DNA of 64,000 nucleotides. Source: Epiperipatus broadwayi. Lineage: Eukaryota > Animalia > Onychophora. The position numbers and the translations under genes were made by a program. Location of the stretch: assembly GCA_028023455.1 (NCBI GenBank), contig JAQFVV010000010.1, positions 17,236,001 to 17,300,000 of the forward strand, written 5' to 3'. The first letter of the stretch is position 1; every line of letters begins with the position of its first letter. Shown in pieces: positions 1 through 14,229 of the stretch. Under the pieces are notes generated by a model, which saw only the letters and a list, made by a program, of their open reading frames with translations, had not been told where the DNA came from and searched no databases.

Positions 1-988
1 TGTAATGACTAATATACATATTATATATATATCATATTAAATTATAGGCAAGACACTATCCAAAAATCATTTGCAGACATAGTCTTCAATTGTTCCTATC
101 TCCTTTAAATACTCATATATCAAATTTTTCATTTTTTTTTTTTTATCAGCCTTTACAATTATCTTCAAAATAAACTTCTTAATTAATAACATGCCTACCC
201 AATTTAGTCACTTTCCTAATTTCCACAATATCAATTCTTTTCTTACTTATTCTCTATTATTTCCAAAATCAGTCTTCAATAACAACAACAAAATTTCTAA
301 CAAATTAAAAAAAAACAACAATGCCCCAAAAGAATACTTACACTGAAAATACAATAAAACTTACTTGAAAAATAATAACCATGAATGTTCCAATTTAATA
401 TATATATATTAAAGAAAATTAATTTTTAAACTTAATCCATATCTTAAGAGTATAAATAATATAAAGATTTATTAATTCTCTAAGATTTATAACTGATTTA
501 CTAACTTGCAAGGTTACAAGGCAGTTTTGTAACGTGATACAATGATTCAACTTATTAGAAATTACTATTTTATGGTAAAATTACATTTTCAAACACACAT
601 TTAAAGAAGTAAAACAAAAATAATTTTAAAATGATTTTTTTATCTAGAGTCTTTTGTCATGTGTATCATTATTAGTAGCTTCAGATCTTTCTAATGCTAC
701 TAAAATTCAGGTACAAAGTTCATTTTAAAAAATCCAAGCATTGAATTTTCTTTGACTGCTTAGTTGACAGTTGAAATATTTCACATTTGGAAGAAAATAT
801 TGATCAATGTTGTTTTCTGGTTAGAACACATGAAAATTTTATATAGCAATACCACACACAAAAAAGCAATACTGCACAAAATTTTCATATTCCTGGTAAT
901 TAAGTTCAAATGAATGTGTTTTTTTAGAAAAATAAAATAAATTTGATTTTTATTATTCTACGGATTACTTACAAAAAAATATTATAAT

Positions 989-1456
989 GGAAAGTGAGAG
1001 TATTCATTTGTAGTTAAAATCCACAAAGCACATACGCATTAGCTTAATGGCTGATTGTTATTATTTACAGTTTAAAAAAACATAGCGCTATATAAAATAA
1101 ATATCTTATTTACATATGTTTAATTTCAACTAAGAATGACGTATCGTAAATTCTGGTAAATTTCACAAGCATCATTCATTCAGGCATAGTAAAGGTAATT
1201 TAAAATGATTGTTTAATACCTTCACACTCTCATTTTCAAATGCTTAAGATTTGCCCATACTTAAACGTTTGGGTTGAAAGGATAGATGATTCACTCTATC
1301 TTTTCACAAAGATTTTATCTTGTGTTTGGAAAGTGAGAGTATTCATTTATAGTTAAAATCCACAAAGTGAATGTGCATTAGCATAATGGCTGATTATTAC
1401 TATTTACAATTTAAAAAAACACTGTGCTATATAAAATAAATATCTTATTTACATAT
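989..1456. repeat. Partial tandem repeat, unit ~339 bp (989-1117 repeated at 1328-1456)
   Basis: GGAAAGTGAGAGTATTCATTT...ATCTTATTTACATAT occurs twice. The unit is related to the interior of 2175-2276 and to the palindrome at 27863-28050. Confidence 0.8.
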
Positions 1457-2122
1457 AATACTTATATAAAAAAAAATAAAAAAATAACTAACTATCAATC
1501 ACAAAAAATGAAAGAACAGAATTATTTATGTTTTGACTAGAAACAGAATTACTTATACTTTGACTACAAGTAGTAAGACATCTGGTAACTCCAAAAAAAT
1601 TGGCATAAAACTTAAACTGTATGAAATAAATTCAGACAATTTGATTTTTATAAAATAGAGACATATTTAAAAAGGTACTAAGATGGATACCTGTTCAATT
1701 TAAAAAAATAATATGAAATTAGAATATATAAAAATAGATAGCGATATAATTTACCATATGTAGCTGTTGAGGGTTAACTAATAAATTCTTGCAAATGTAT
1801 ATCCATTAATTTATAAATAAAATAGATTTTATCATTATTATAAAAGTGCTTATAATAAATGAAAAAAATCTAGTCCCAAAATCACATGTCTAATATATAA
1901 AATCTTGGCTAAAATGACATTTAAGATATTTAAGTTATTATCATCTGACTAAGAATTTATCTAATCCAAATAAATAATTAAAGTCCACTACCTCATTTAG
2001 AAATCAACATTCGCGAAATCTTTCGATTCACAGCGAGTTAATATTTAGGTCTTATAATTAGAAATATTTTGAATCAATTTAAAGTTGTAAACATTAATTC
2101 TTATTAAATGCATGGTCAGCAC

Positions 2123-2359
2123 ATAAATACATATAAGGCTTTAACCTTAATACTATGCACCTTGAGTGCTTAATTTCACACTCTCAAATCAAAATGATTT
2201 AGATTTGCCTATATAATTAAAAAGTAGGTTGAAGATAAGACGTCACTCTTATATTTATAAAGTTGTAATCTTGTGTTAAGATTAATAGAGGTCCCTGTCG
2301 TGGTAAAATTGAGCACTCAAGGCGCACAGTATTAAGGTTAAAGCCTTATATGTATTTAT
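2123..2359. mobile_element. MITE-like element with ~54-bp inverted repeats (possibly piggyBac-type, TTAA|CCTT...AAGG|TTAA)
   Basis: 2123-2176 is the reverse complement of 2306-2359. TTAA occurs at 2141-2144 and 2338-2341, but the inverted repeat continues 18 bp outside the TTAA. Confidence 0.6.
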
Positions 2360-3340
2360 TAATGCTTTATGTTTTTATAAATACAGTACAATTTTTCATG
2401 CCATCTGATATCAAGTTCAACTTCAAACAGATAAAAATATGAATTTCTTTTTCGTATGATGTCTATAAAGAATACAAGAGTACAATTTAAATAAGTCAAG
2501 AAATTATTAGAGCTTTACTCGAATTGGCATAAATGTAAATATATACAAAACATCAAATAACTTCATTTTAATAATTTTGAAATTACACTACTGATATTCA
2601 TTGTATAAATAAACAAGTATTCATATTGCTAAACTGAATCTTATATCAAGATAATATCAATTAATGTTTTATGTTTTTACAAACACAAGACAATTTTCAC
2701 AATGCATAGTATCATGTTTAACTACAAACAGATAAAAAAATGAATTCACTTTTCATTCGATGTTTAAGATCTTAAATAACCACATAATGACACTAACAAG
2801 TGAAATTTAAATGTGTAGAGATATTATTGGAGCTTCACTCAAATTAGCTTAAATTTAAATATATACTACTGATCAACTTATTCATTTCAATAACTTTGCA
2901 TACACTATCGTAATATATTATACAGTATATATATAAAAAAAAACCTAAAATTGTATGAATATGTTAATTGACATTTATTTATTTATACAGGATCCAGTTT
3001 AGTAACATGTTTGTTTATCCTATACATACTGCTATGATAGAGCAATTACAAGGTTATTAAAATGATTATTTGCTGCTTTTTATATTTAAATTGATGTGAG
3101 TGGAGTTTCAGTAACAATTAGATTGATTTAAATTTCACTTCTGTTTGTTGTCATTGTGTATTTTATGTATCTATTTTAAAATTTAGACATTAGATGAAAA
3201 ACTGATTCATTTTTACATCTGTTCACAGTAAAATTTGATTACTAATTGGTGTGAAAACAGCATAAAATTTTAAAACTTTAATTGATATTTACATTAGATA
3301 TAGAATCCAGTTTAGCAGTGTATTTGTTACTTCTATAATT
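2358..3340. repeat. Old ~300-bp repeat: two diverged tandem copies plus an inverted copy
   Basis: TTAATG(C/T)TTTATGTTTTTA...CAAACAGATAAAAA..TGAATT recurs at ~2358 and ~2661. The segment ~3060-3340 matches on the minus strand (e.g. GAATCCAGTTTAGCAG vs GCTAAACTGAATC). Confidence 0.6.
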
Positions 3341-3439
3341 TTTCTAATTCTAAATCATATACATTTTTCTACAATAAACTTTTCAATGACCGATATAAAA
3401 GATATAGAAAATGGTCTAGGAGAAAGAGAGAAAAGGAAA

Positions 3440-6400
3440 CACTATATTAAAAACATGAACTAAATATTGCATAAAAAATGTTAAATAAACATATTTAATT
3501 GAATATAAAGCAACATTTATCAATAAAACAATAAATTATCTAGAAGTCAAATTAATGCATAATCAGTACTCTCATAAATGAGTCATATATAGACAATTTA
3601 TAAGACAATAAAAATATGACTAAAAAAAATTGTTTTGTCTATAAAATAAAAGCACCAGAAGACAAGATGAAACAACAAGTTCAGAAAAATTACAATATCC
3701 TATGTTTTCATTATAGTAATGATCAACAAAAAAACAAGATATCTGAGTTAAGTCAGAAGAGTGTATGATAATCACATTTAGATGTATTGCCTAATGAAAG
3801 AAGATCAAAAAAAAAAGACATGATCAGAAGAATATCTCATATAAAAATAGCTTAATAAAGAAAAAACAGAGAACCAAAACTAAAGAACAAAAATACCCAT
3901 CATGAAAGCCTTGTGAAAACTTTTTTAAATTGTGCTAAGTCCATATGATACAAAGAACATAATAACATTACTTAAAAAATTATGAAAAATAAATTATAAG
4001 ATTAAAAATATATGTAAGATTGTTTGATTGTGATTTTTTCTGAATCAATCATGCCTATCTAAATTAGATTTCATGCGAGTTATTATTAATTTAAACATGA
4101 CAGATTATCTCTTGACATTTATTCACCTGTTCTTGAATCAATTATAGGGATGATGAAAACAATTTAATTGCATTACCATCATATTAATCAAATATCAATG
4201 CTATTTCTAACAAAACAATTATGGAATAAGTAATCCAAATAGATTGTGAATACTTATGGTCATGCTGTCTAGAATCCCCTTCCTTATACTACATTACTCT
4301 GATATCATTATTGCTAATGTAATCCAAGATAATCTAAGTGTACAAAGAACAGTAAAATAGCACACAAGTATAGAAAGCACAATTATTTTAACAATTTAAG
4401 ATGACAAATTGTGATTGCTCATTCATAATTTATAAGATAAAACTAACATTCTGGCAAGTCAACAATGCCCAAAAGCTAATCCTAGGAAAGTCAATTCAAA
4501 TCCTCAACACAATAATAGGATTAAACATACTGCTTCCTCCTATCATATCTACTGCTGGTAAAAAGAAACTTAACATAACTAACTGGGTCGAGTTGAAAAC
4601 ATCATAGTCACATCCAGAAGAAAACGACATAAATGCATCAAAAACATGATATTTACTTTAAACCATATAAATTCTCTAGCATTTCCTAAATTTTTTTTAT
4701 TCAAATTATTAATTGGTTTTAAATTTAAATTGGTGTGAAAATAATACAGATTACACATGCAAGTAATATATCATTTGTATTTCATAAAACATAAGGGTCA
4801 TTTTTCTATAATACAAATTGACAATTTTTATAATAATTTTTCAATTAATGCACTTGAACATTTTTCCAATTTTTTGTTTTACAGTTTGTGTATACCATGT
4901 AAAATACAGCAGAGAATAATGAATTATTCAACCAGTTCAAACATTGATAATGATTTCCCTAAATATAGCAAAGCCTTAAAATTCAGAGATTAAACTTTCT
5001 TATAATTAGCTCTTCTGACACGTTTTATTAGTGATACTTTTTTTAAAAAAAGCTATGTCTCCACAAGTGCAGTGGATAAACAAATATCAGTGTCTTTTCT
5101 CTGATCAGATCTAAGCAATTTTTTACTATTGAACTTTATGGGCTCACAGGTGTCAATGATAATTTTACCAAGTCTCCAGGATTTAATTATTAGTTAATTA
5201 TAAGTACTATATTACTTTGAATTTAAGCCACACTTTTTATTCAAATTTTGAAGATATAAAATTAATGTACAACTTAAATTCAAAACAAACATTAGAACAT
5301 CTTATTTCTGTTAATCTCCCACTCCCCAAGAATCAGGTCTTGCTTTATGCTCTATGCATACGCATAGTATTATGATCATTGATAGTAGTTTACTTGGAGG
5401 TTCACTGTTTGCAATCTTCTGAGTTAATCCAGTTGCTGTTTGATAGCAGGTATGTAGAATCGCACATGATATCTGGCCTTATTTTAATTTTGAGTTTTTT
5501 TTTATTATCCATACTCACTAATGATAATGCTGAATTCAAATGAAAAGTTATATTATGCACAAAGAAATTGGAAATCATGCAGCAGCAGGTGGAATAGTGA
5601 AGATGAGAATTTGTTCTGAAATGAAGAGATTAAAAGTGAAAGCATCTCTGAAGAAAATTTGCAATAAATTAGATAGCTTATTGTATTTATAGTAGTTCCT
5701 ATTTAAGTAAATAAAAATGTTTATTATTATTTTTCAATACCTATTATAAAATTATTTTTATACTTTTTGCCATTATTTTAAAATCCTACTGTGGCTTAAA
5801 TTTGAAGTAATAAGATATTCAGGGTTTTTTTTTTCACTTATTATTTAATAAAAAAATGTGTTTTAAAAAATCAACTTTGAGATTAAGGAATATGCTTCCA
5901 AAAGTAAAACAAAAAAATTCAGGCTGAGTAAATTTATCATATCATGAAGTATCCACATTTTTTTTTTTAAATATAATAGGCATTTCTGATTGATCACTTA
6001 TGCATAGATTAGAAGATACCTGGACTTCTGATAAGAAACAAAGACATCCTTAATTTTCAAAAATTATAATATATATAATCTATATTTTAATGAGAATATA
6101 AAAAAGGTCAAACATTAAATTTAAAGATCCTGATAAAATTTACAAAATTAAGTGAATTACAGACTAACGTGGTGTAAATTTTAGTGCTATATATTAAAAA
6201 CATGAACTAAATATTGCATAAAAAAGGTTAAACAAACATATTTAATTAAATATAAATCAACATTTATTAATAAAACAATACATTATCTAATACTGAAATT
6301 AATGTGTAATCAGGCTTTGATATAGTACTCTCATAAATGGGTTATATATAGACAATTTACAAGACAAAAAATGGCTAAAATAAGTTTTTTCTATTAAAAA

Positions 6401-8175
6401 AAAAAAACCAGATGGCAGAATAAAATAACAAGTTCAGAAAAATTACAGTATTCCATGTTTTTATTATTTTACAGTAGTCAACAAAAAACGAGATATCTGA
6501 ATTAAGTTAGAAGAATGGATGATAATCATATTTAGATGTATTGCCTAATGAGAGAAGATCAAAAAACAAAAATAAAAAAGACATGATTTTTGGGATATAT
6601 CAGAAGAATGAATAAGTCTCACATAAAATAGCTTAATAAAGAGAAAAAAAAAGAGAACCAAAACTAAATAACAAAAATATCCACCTGCAAAAAACTTGTG
6701 GAACACGTTTTTAAATTGTTTAAAGTTCACACAATACAAAAAATATAATAATATCATTTAAAAAATAGTGAAAATACAAGATTAAAAAAATACACGCAAG
6801 CTCAGACCCATAATGAGATATTGTTTGATTATGACTCTTCTGAATCAATCACACCTATCTAAATTAGATTTCATGTGAGCTGTTATTAATCTAAACATGA
6901 CAGATTACTTCTTGACATTTATTCACCTGTTCTTGAATCAATTATAGGGATGATGAAAACAATTTAATTGCATTATCATCATATTCATCAAATATCAATG
7001 CTATTTCTAATAAAACATTTATGGAATAAGTAATTCAAATAGATTGTCAATACTTATGGTCATGCTGTCTAGAATCCCCTTCCTTATACTACATTACTCT
7101 GATATCATCATTGCTGATGTAATCCAAGATAATCTAAGTGTACAAAGAACAGTAAAATAGCACCCAAGCACAGAAAGCACAATTATTTTAACAATTTAAG
7201 ATGAAAAATTGTGACAGCTCATTCATAATTTCTAAAATAACACTAGCATTCTGGCAGTAGTCAACAATGCCGAAAAGCTAATCCTAGGAAAATCAATTCA
7301 AATCCTCAACACAATAATAGGATTAGATGTAACATCATAATCACATCCAGAAGAAAATGATATAAATGCATCAGCATTCTGGCAGAAGTCAACAATGTTC
7401 AAAAGCTAATCTTAGGAAAGTCAATTCAAATTCTCAACACAATAATGGTTTAGATATACTGCTTCCTCCAATCATATCCTCTGCTGTTAAAAAGAAACTT
7501 AACATACCTAACTAGCTTGAGTAGAAAAACAGTTTACATATAATGCTGAATTCAAATGAAGTTATATTATGCACTAAAGAAATTGGAAATCATGCAGCTA
7601 GTGGAATAGTGAAGATGTTGAAAGAGAAATTATCTCTGAAAATGATTTGCAATAAATTAGGTAGCTAATAGTATTTATTTTAGTTCCTATTTAAATAAAC
7701 AAAAATGTTTATTATTTTTCAATAACTATTATAAAAATCATTTTATATTTTTTACCATTATTTTAAAATCCTACAGTGGCTTAAATTTGAAATAATAAGA
7801 TATTAAATTTTATTTTTTTTCTTCCATTTATTATTTAATAAAAGAATGTGTTTTATAAAATCAATTTTGAGATTAAGGACTATGCTTCAAAAATTAAAAA
7901 AAAAAAAATCCAGACTGAGTAAATTTATCTTATCATGAATTATCCACATTTTTTGGCATAATAGGCATTTCTGATTGGTCACTTATGTATAATTTAGAAG
8001 ATACCTGGACTTCTGATAAGAAACAGACATCCTTAATTTTCAGAAATTATATCATCTTATGTACAGTTTAAAGAGAATATATAAAAAAGGCCAAACATTA
8101 ACATTAAAGATGCCAATAAAACTTAGAAAATTAGGTGAATTACAAACTATCATAATCTAAATTTTAGAGTTATAT
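3440..8175. repeat. Local tandem segmental duplication, A-x-B-A'-B' (A 3440-4650 / A' 6188-7510; B 5528-6185 / B' 7538-8175)
   Basis: Long near-identical blocks, e.g. CATGACAGATTA..CTTGACATTTATTCACCTGTTCTTGAATCAATTATAGGGATGATGAAAAC at ~4097 and ~6897, and ATAATGCTGAATTCAAATGAA at ~5523 and ~7539. Confidence 0.9.
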
Positions 8176-9117
8176 ATCAAATGTATAGAAAAGAGGCAGT
8201 TGATGAAATTATTATGAAATTCACTGGCTAGAATAGTACAGAACAATATGAGTTCTCTAAATTATGTAAACTGAAGATTCAAATAGACTCTTCAGTTAAC
8301 TATAATAGATAGGAGTCCCATATGGAGTTGTACACAGACAAAAATACAATTTCAAATATTGGCCAGTTTCTGAGAACCTAGTTTTACCACACCTAAAAGG
8401 AAGAACGTGCAGTGTTAGTGACCTATATAAAAGGATTAAGTTTTTTTTTTTTTGATTGTATGGAATGTGGATTGGTCACATTTTGCAAAGTTTTCAGAGA
8501 CATTGCTTTGTTGCTTAACATAGAAAAATTGAAATAAGTGATGTACTTTATCAAACATCATATCAACTCCTCTTCATGAGTATTAATTGACATGCCAGCT
8601 ACACCAAAATCTTCCTATATAGTGCTTCAAATCATTGATATGTAAATAGTTCTAAGGGTAAATTATATCTGCATTTTTATTTATATGTTCATTCTTTTGC
8701 TGCATGATTACAGTAATATTTTATTATTTATCAGCTATCATTCGCAGTACTATATTCATTTAATTTTTACATTTTAGTTGAATTCTATCTAAGAAGCTTA
8801 AATTTTTCCACAAGATAAAAGGTAAGAGAGATAATAAACAAATATTATTAATATTCTACATTGTACTAAGTTTCTGTTTAATGATATCATTTACGGAATA
8901 TATTAAAAATTTTGTAAGTTTAAAAATAATGCCATATAAAATTTGTGTAAGTAAAATTATATAATTTCTATATTTTAATTTTATTTTAAATAATTGAAAT
9001 ATATTATTTTTTCATTCTTAATAGTTAAGACCTATTTTTGTTTAATATTATTTTGGAAAAAAGTAATAAATTAAAACTGCTTTTCATAGGAAAAAATGTA
9101 AAAGGTTTAAGCAGCAT

Positions 9118-10150
9118 CATCATCAACAACCATTATCAATTCATTGCAGGATGAAGGTCTCTCCAAGTTCAATCCATCTTCTCTGATCTTTAGCTTCTCT
9201 TTTCCGCATCACTTCTGCACACTTTCTTATTTCATCCATCTCACATGTGGTCTCTTTCTGGGTCTTACAATTTCTTGGACTTCAGTTTAAGATTTCAATT
9301 GTCCATCTATTATCATCTCTTTTAGCAATATGTCCACCCCAACTCCACTTCAGTCTTTTAATTTTTTAAATGAGGTCAGTAACACCTGTTTGTTCTCTTA
9401 CCCATATATTGCCTTTTCAATCTCTTCTTGTTACTCCCAACATGCATCTCTCTATACTTCTTTGAGTGGTCTGAAGTCTCTGTATTGCTCTTCTATTAAG
9501 TGTCCAAGTCTCAGATCCATAAGTAAGAACTGGTAAATTATATTTATTAAAAACCTTCCTTTTCAAACACATAGGCATATTTTCTTTTAGTATGAAGTTA
9601 TTTCAACCAAAAGCACTCCAATCAAGTTTAATTCTATGATTAATTTCATCCATTATGTTTCAATTTGTATTAATAATCTGACCAAGGTATTTGTAACTAT
9701 TAACTTCTTCTAACTCATCATAATCAATCTTTATTTTCATATTTTGAAAAAATCCATTGAACATTATTTTAGTCTTTTTAACATTTATCTTTAGTCCTAC
9801 TTTCATCTGATAACTCCTGCAACTCTAAAACATTATTTGCAAAAACAACTACATCATCTGTAAAATCTAAATGACTTAAATAATCTCAATTTACTTTCAC
9901 TCCTTTAGCTTCCATTTTAATCCACAAAATACTTCTCGCAGTACTGCTGTAAAAAGTTTTAGAGATATGGGGTCATCCTGTCTTACACCCTTCTCAATGT
10001 TGACTTTCCTAGTATCATTATGTAATATAATTGTGGCTGTTGCATTTTTATAAATATTCTTCAAAATATGACAATATCCTGGCTCTATATCTCGATGATC
10101 ATTCAATGCTTTAATCACTGAAGAAATGTTTATAGAATCAAATGCATAAT
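9118..10150 (-). mobile_element. RTE-clade LINE, 5'-truncated and degenerate (RT C-terminal half, 3' end with ATG/GAT-repeat tail)
   Basis: ORF 9897-10118 reads EKGVRQDDPISLKLF (RT GVRQG motif). Downstream are DFTDD (FADD) and a GHIAKR.DNRW-like C-terminus. The CATCATCAT tail is at ~9115. Confidence 0.9.
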
Positions 10151-13100
10151 ACAGTCCTTTAACTTTCTAATAATATTTTTGGAAGTAATATAATTCCTTC
10201 AATAAAGGAAATAAGAGATGAGATTATACTTTGAACAGCAAATAATTAATATATTTAATTGTGCAAAATATATTATGTATATATGCATAAGATTTTTACT
10301 GATTGTTAATAACAAAAAACAAGCCTGATTACATGTCTGTGTATGTTGTGTATTGAAGCTATTTTGTCTTATTAGTTTCCTTGTTTTTGGTCTTTTTCAC
10401 TTTTCCCTTATTTTCCTCACTCTGTTCTTTTAAGCCATTAGCATAACGCATTTTTTTCAACAAAAGATTCACTTTTGAAAAGTCAGTATTGATAAACAAC
10501 AAAGAAGTTTATCCTATATTGATTGAATGAAGAATAGCAGATATTGCATTTACTTCAATTTAAGAAAATCAATTTCTTTTAGAATTAAATCATTTATGAT
10601 TAATATAACATTATATGGACTCCAATTCTTCATCATTAACATTAGTATGATGATGAAATCATTTTCTTATTTAAGGATTTTGTTTGCATTAATACAGTAC
10701 TATGCATTATCATTTTTTTATCATTAAAATTAGTATGAATATGAGATCATTTTATTATTAAAGATCTTCAACCACTATTATCTATGGGGAAACTGAACAT
10801 GAAATATTTTATAATTTCACACATGTCAAGCTGGTTAAATCTATAACATTTTTCATATTTCTTTATATTCTAAAGCATTCTAACTGAATCTTCTCATGCA
10901 GATAGTAAAGACATATTTAATATTAATATAAAAAGTATACTTTCCACAGATTTTCTTAAATGGAACTTTGATCTAAAATTAAAACTATTTGTATAAAAAA
11001 GTTTTTGATCATGTTTTTGATAGTGGACTTTCCATTTCAAATATGGTTGCTATATTTTCAAAATGGATAATATCTGAGCATTAAAAATCATAGGGATGTT
11101 GAATGTACATTAAAGATGACTTTATCATCTATAGATTGATCCATCAGATCGTCTCTTATTGTTAATACAGATATAAACACTTTTTTCAAGAAAATGATAT
11201 CTCCACGGTAAACATGTGATCGGTGTACTTGCATATTTCAAAAACAAGCTATTCTGTGGTATTGTCTATAACAAAAATAATCAAAAAAAAAAACATTACT
11301 GGCATCCTCACACAATTGTGTGCGTCCCACGTTATAAAAATTTAAAAAAAAAAAAGTTCATTTTGAACTTATGGGAATATTATTTATTATCACAGGTGAC
11401 AGAATTGATAACCAGGCTGATACTTCTCCTTATTCAACTTATTAGACATGTGTACCTGTATTTAGATTTTAGGTAGTTTCTTTTGGGTGAAATTGGGACT
11501 GAACTGACTAATGACTTAATTTCACAATTCAAAATCATATTAATTTCTAAAACATTTCTATTAGGGCTTAAATTAACATATTTTTGAACAAGAAATACTA
11601 TTACTAACATTGCACACAGAGAGCTACCATATATGACTTGCTTTTTTTAATTATTACTAACATTATAATAGGATTCGATAGCACCTCCCCCCCACGGAAA
11701 ATTTAACCTTTGTTAATTTACCGGATTATTACTGAAGTTGACTAACGTTTTATTACTGTTTTTTTTTTTAAATAATCAGTTTGCTTAATAAGACAATCAC
11801 ACTTATTTAATTTACTACTAATAATGCTATTTTTAAATCCAAATTAATAGGACGACTTATTACTTTTGCTTTGAATTATCAATGACGTCAACAAATGAAA
11901 GATAATATAACATGGTCAATACAGCAGAAAATTTTTTTTACGTTTAAATTAAAAGATGTTTCTTAAAACTATGTACTTAGTTTATAAAATGCATTAAAAT
12001 ATTCAACTATAATTAAAGATGATCACAAACGAGCTTCTTAAAGTATAAATAACTTTTTTTTTTTAAAATTAAACCACTGCATAAATAATCAAATCCAACT
12101 GAAAGTTAGGGTGATATTTATCAATAATTTAAAACATTCATCAGTTTATAAAAACAAGTCATGTCTTATATCCGTTGCCAGTTAATACAATATTCTGCAA
12201 GGCATAAAAATTGACTAGTAAATACTTTTCAATTCCTCAAATGTTTAAACATTTCCTTTAATTAAAGCAAACTTAAAGAAAAAAAAATATTTCAGATGGG
12301 ATGATTTTTTATTATTATCCTTTATTTGCTTGAGACTTATTTCTATTAATAAATAAGATTTTAAAAAATTGAGCTAGAAACATTAATTTTTATTTAAGAT
12401 TTAAAAATAATTGATTTCTTCTTTTAACTAAATAAAATATCTGCATCCGCCACACATTTCACATATATAAAAACCCATTAGGTATATAAACACTATCTAA
12501 ACTACATCTTCAATTAATATATCTTGTTCAATACAATCTTCCAGAAAAATGACAATTATTCATATATATATACAATTTCTGTGCTAATTATAATATATAG
12601 GATTCATTTATATGTTCAACAATATATACCTGGTTAAAAAAACTCTTTTGTTATTCTTTATTCTGGCTCAGTCCATTATTTATTTTCTAGAAGCCCTTTA
12701 TAAGTTAATGCAGAAAAGAACATACCTAATGTACACTTTCTTCTTCATATATATAAATTTTCAATAAGCTTGTCCCTTACTTTAATGAATTTTTTCTAAC
12801 ATTTACATCACAAAGCTTTTACCAAAATCTGTGTCGAAATGTTGATCCTGAAATCATTTTTATTCCCAAAATGAATCAAGTATTGTACTTGACTTTAACA
12901 TAAATATAAGACAAAGACAAGTCTATATTAAATTAAGTTTGTATAGTTTGTTCAGAGATCTTAAAACCATAAATTTATATAAAATAGTTTACACTAAACA
13001 GTCAATAAGAAAAACAATCATTGAATAATATATAATTTTTTTGTTTTTGAACATTATTAGCATCTTACAAAAAAACTTAGTGAATAAAATTAATCATAAA

Positions 13101-13344
13101 ACTTAACTCCTATAGAATGTTTTCAGTTGAAAAAGTATTAAAAATGGTTTTAATAAATCTGTCTAAATGCAATTTATATTTTTTATTAATAATCTAATTT
13201 ATTAACAATTTGTTATAATTTATTGAAAAGTATAATTATTACATATTCTTGTAATACTTATTATAAGTATATATTTAAAAGCAAATAAACTAGTTTTTTA
13301 AAAATATATTTTTTACATATGCTTCATTCTAAATGAGATTTGGA

Positions 13345-13872
13345 CATTTAATTAGAGAGCAAGAGATGGCAGATCATGTTGCAAAGAGTTAAAAAAATGT
13401 GTGTTGGGATTAAATGTAGAAGAGATGATAAAAAAGATATCAATAATATCACTGAGAATTGATAATCAAAAATTGGACTTCTAGAAGAGATGACAAACAT
13501 GGACAAGTGAACTTTTAAATTGTATCCCAAAAAAATTTAAGAAATTATGAGGATAAATGAAAAATTTTTCTCTAATAATGTGGAAATAATAAATGAAATA
13601 CATTCATGCTGCAATCGATTGTTTAGGTTTAAAAAAGTGGCAATAAAGAATCCTCAACTAAAAATATTCTTTCCATTTGTTAAAATAATATCTACATTTA
13701 TGTACTGGACTCTAAGAGATTGTAAAAGACCCAGAAAGAGATCACATGTAAGATGGATGGATGAAATAAGAAAGTGTGCAGGGGTGATGTGGAGAAAAGA
13801 AGCTAAAGATCAGAGAAGATGGATTGAACTTGGAGAGACCTTCATCCTCAGTGGATTGATAATGATGATGAT
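13345..13872 (+). mobile_element. RTE-clade LINE 3' fragment (same family as 9118-10150)
   Basis: ORF 13547-13933 contains WTLRDCKRPRKRSHVRWMDEIRKCAGVMWRKEAKDQRRW. It ends in GATAATGATGATGAT. Confidence 0.85.
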
Positions 13873-14229
13873 ATACATACATAAATATAAATATCAATTA
13901 TACACACATATACAAATTTTAATTAAAAAATGAAAATCAATGAACAGTTCAAAAGCAGATTGACTTTAAAAATGGATGAGAAAAATTAGAAAATATATAT
14001 AACTGATTATTCAAAAATAGTAAGAAAAAAAGACGGTAAACATTTGCCTTAATTTTATTAATAAAAGATATTTGTACTGGCAGAATAAATATTTCAGTTG
14101 TAAAACAGACATATGCAACAAAATACATATCCAATCATTTGCAATGAGCCAGACCACTTCAATTCCAAAGAAAAAAGAAAAAAAAACTATGCAAATCAAT
14201 CCTTAAACCACATAAAAAACAAGCTACTC

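Noticed and set aside
4401-4607. Short ORFs throughout the track rich in F/I/L/Y/K/N
   Set aside because: Expected by chance in very AT-rich DNA, or antisense to TE coding remnants; no splice or homology support.
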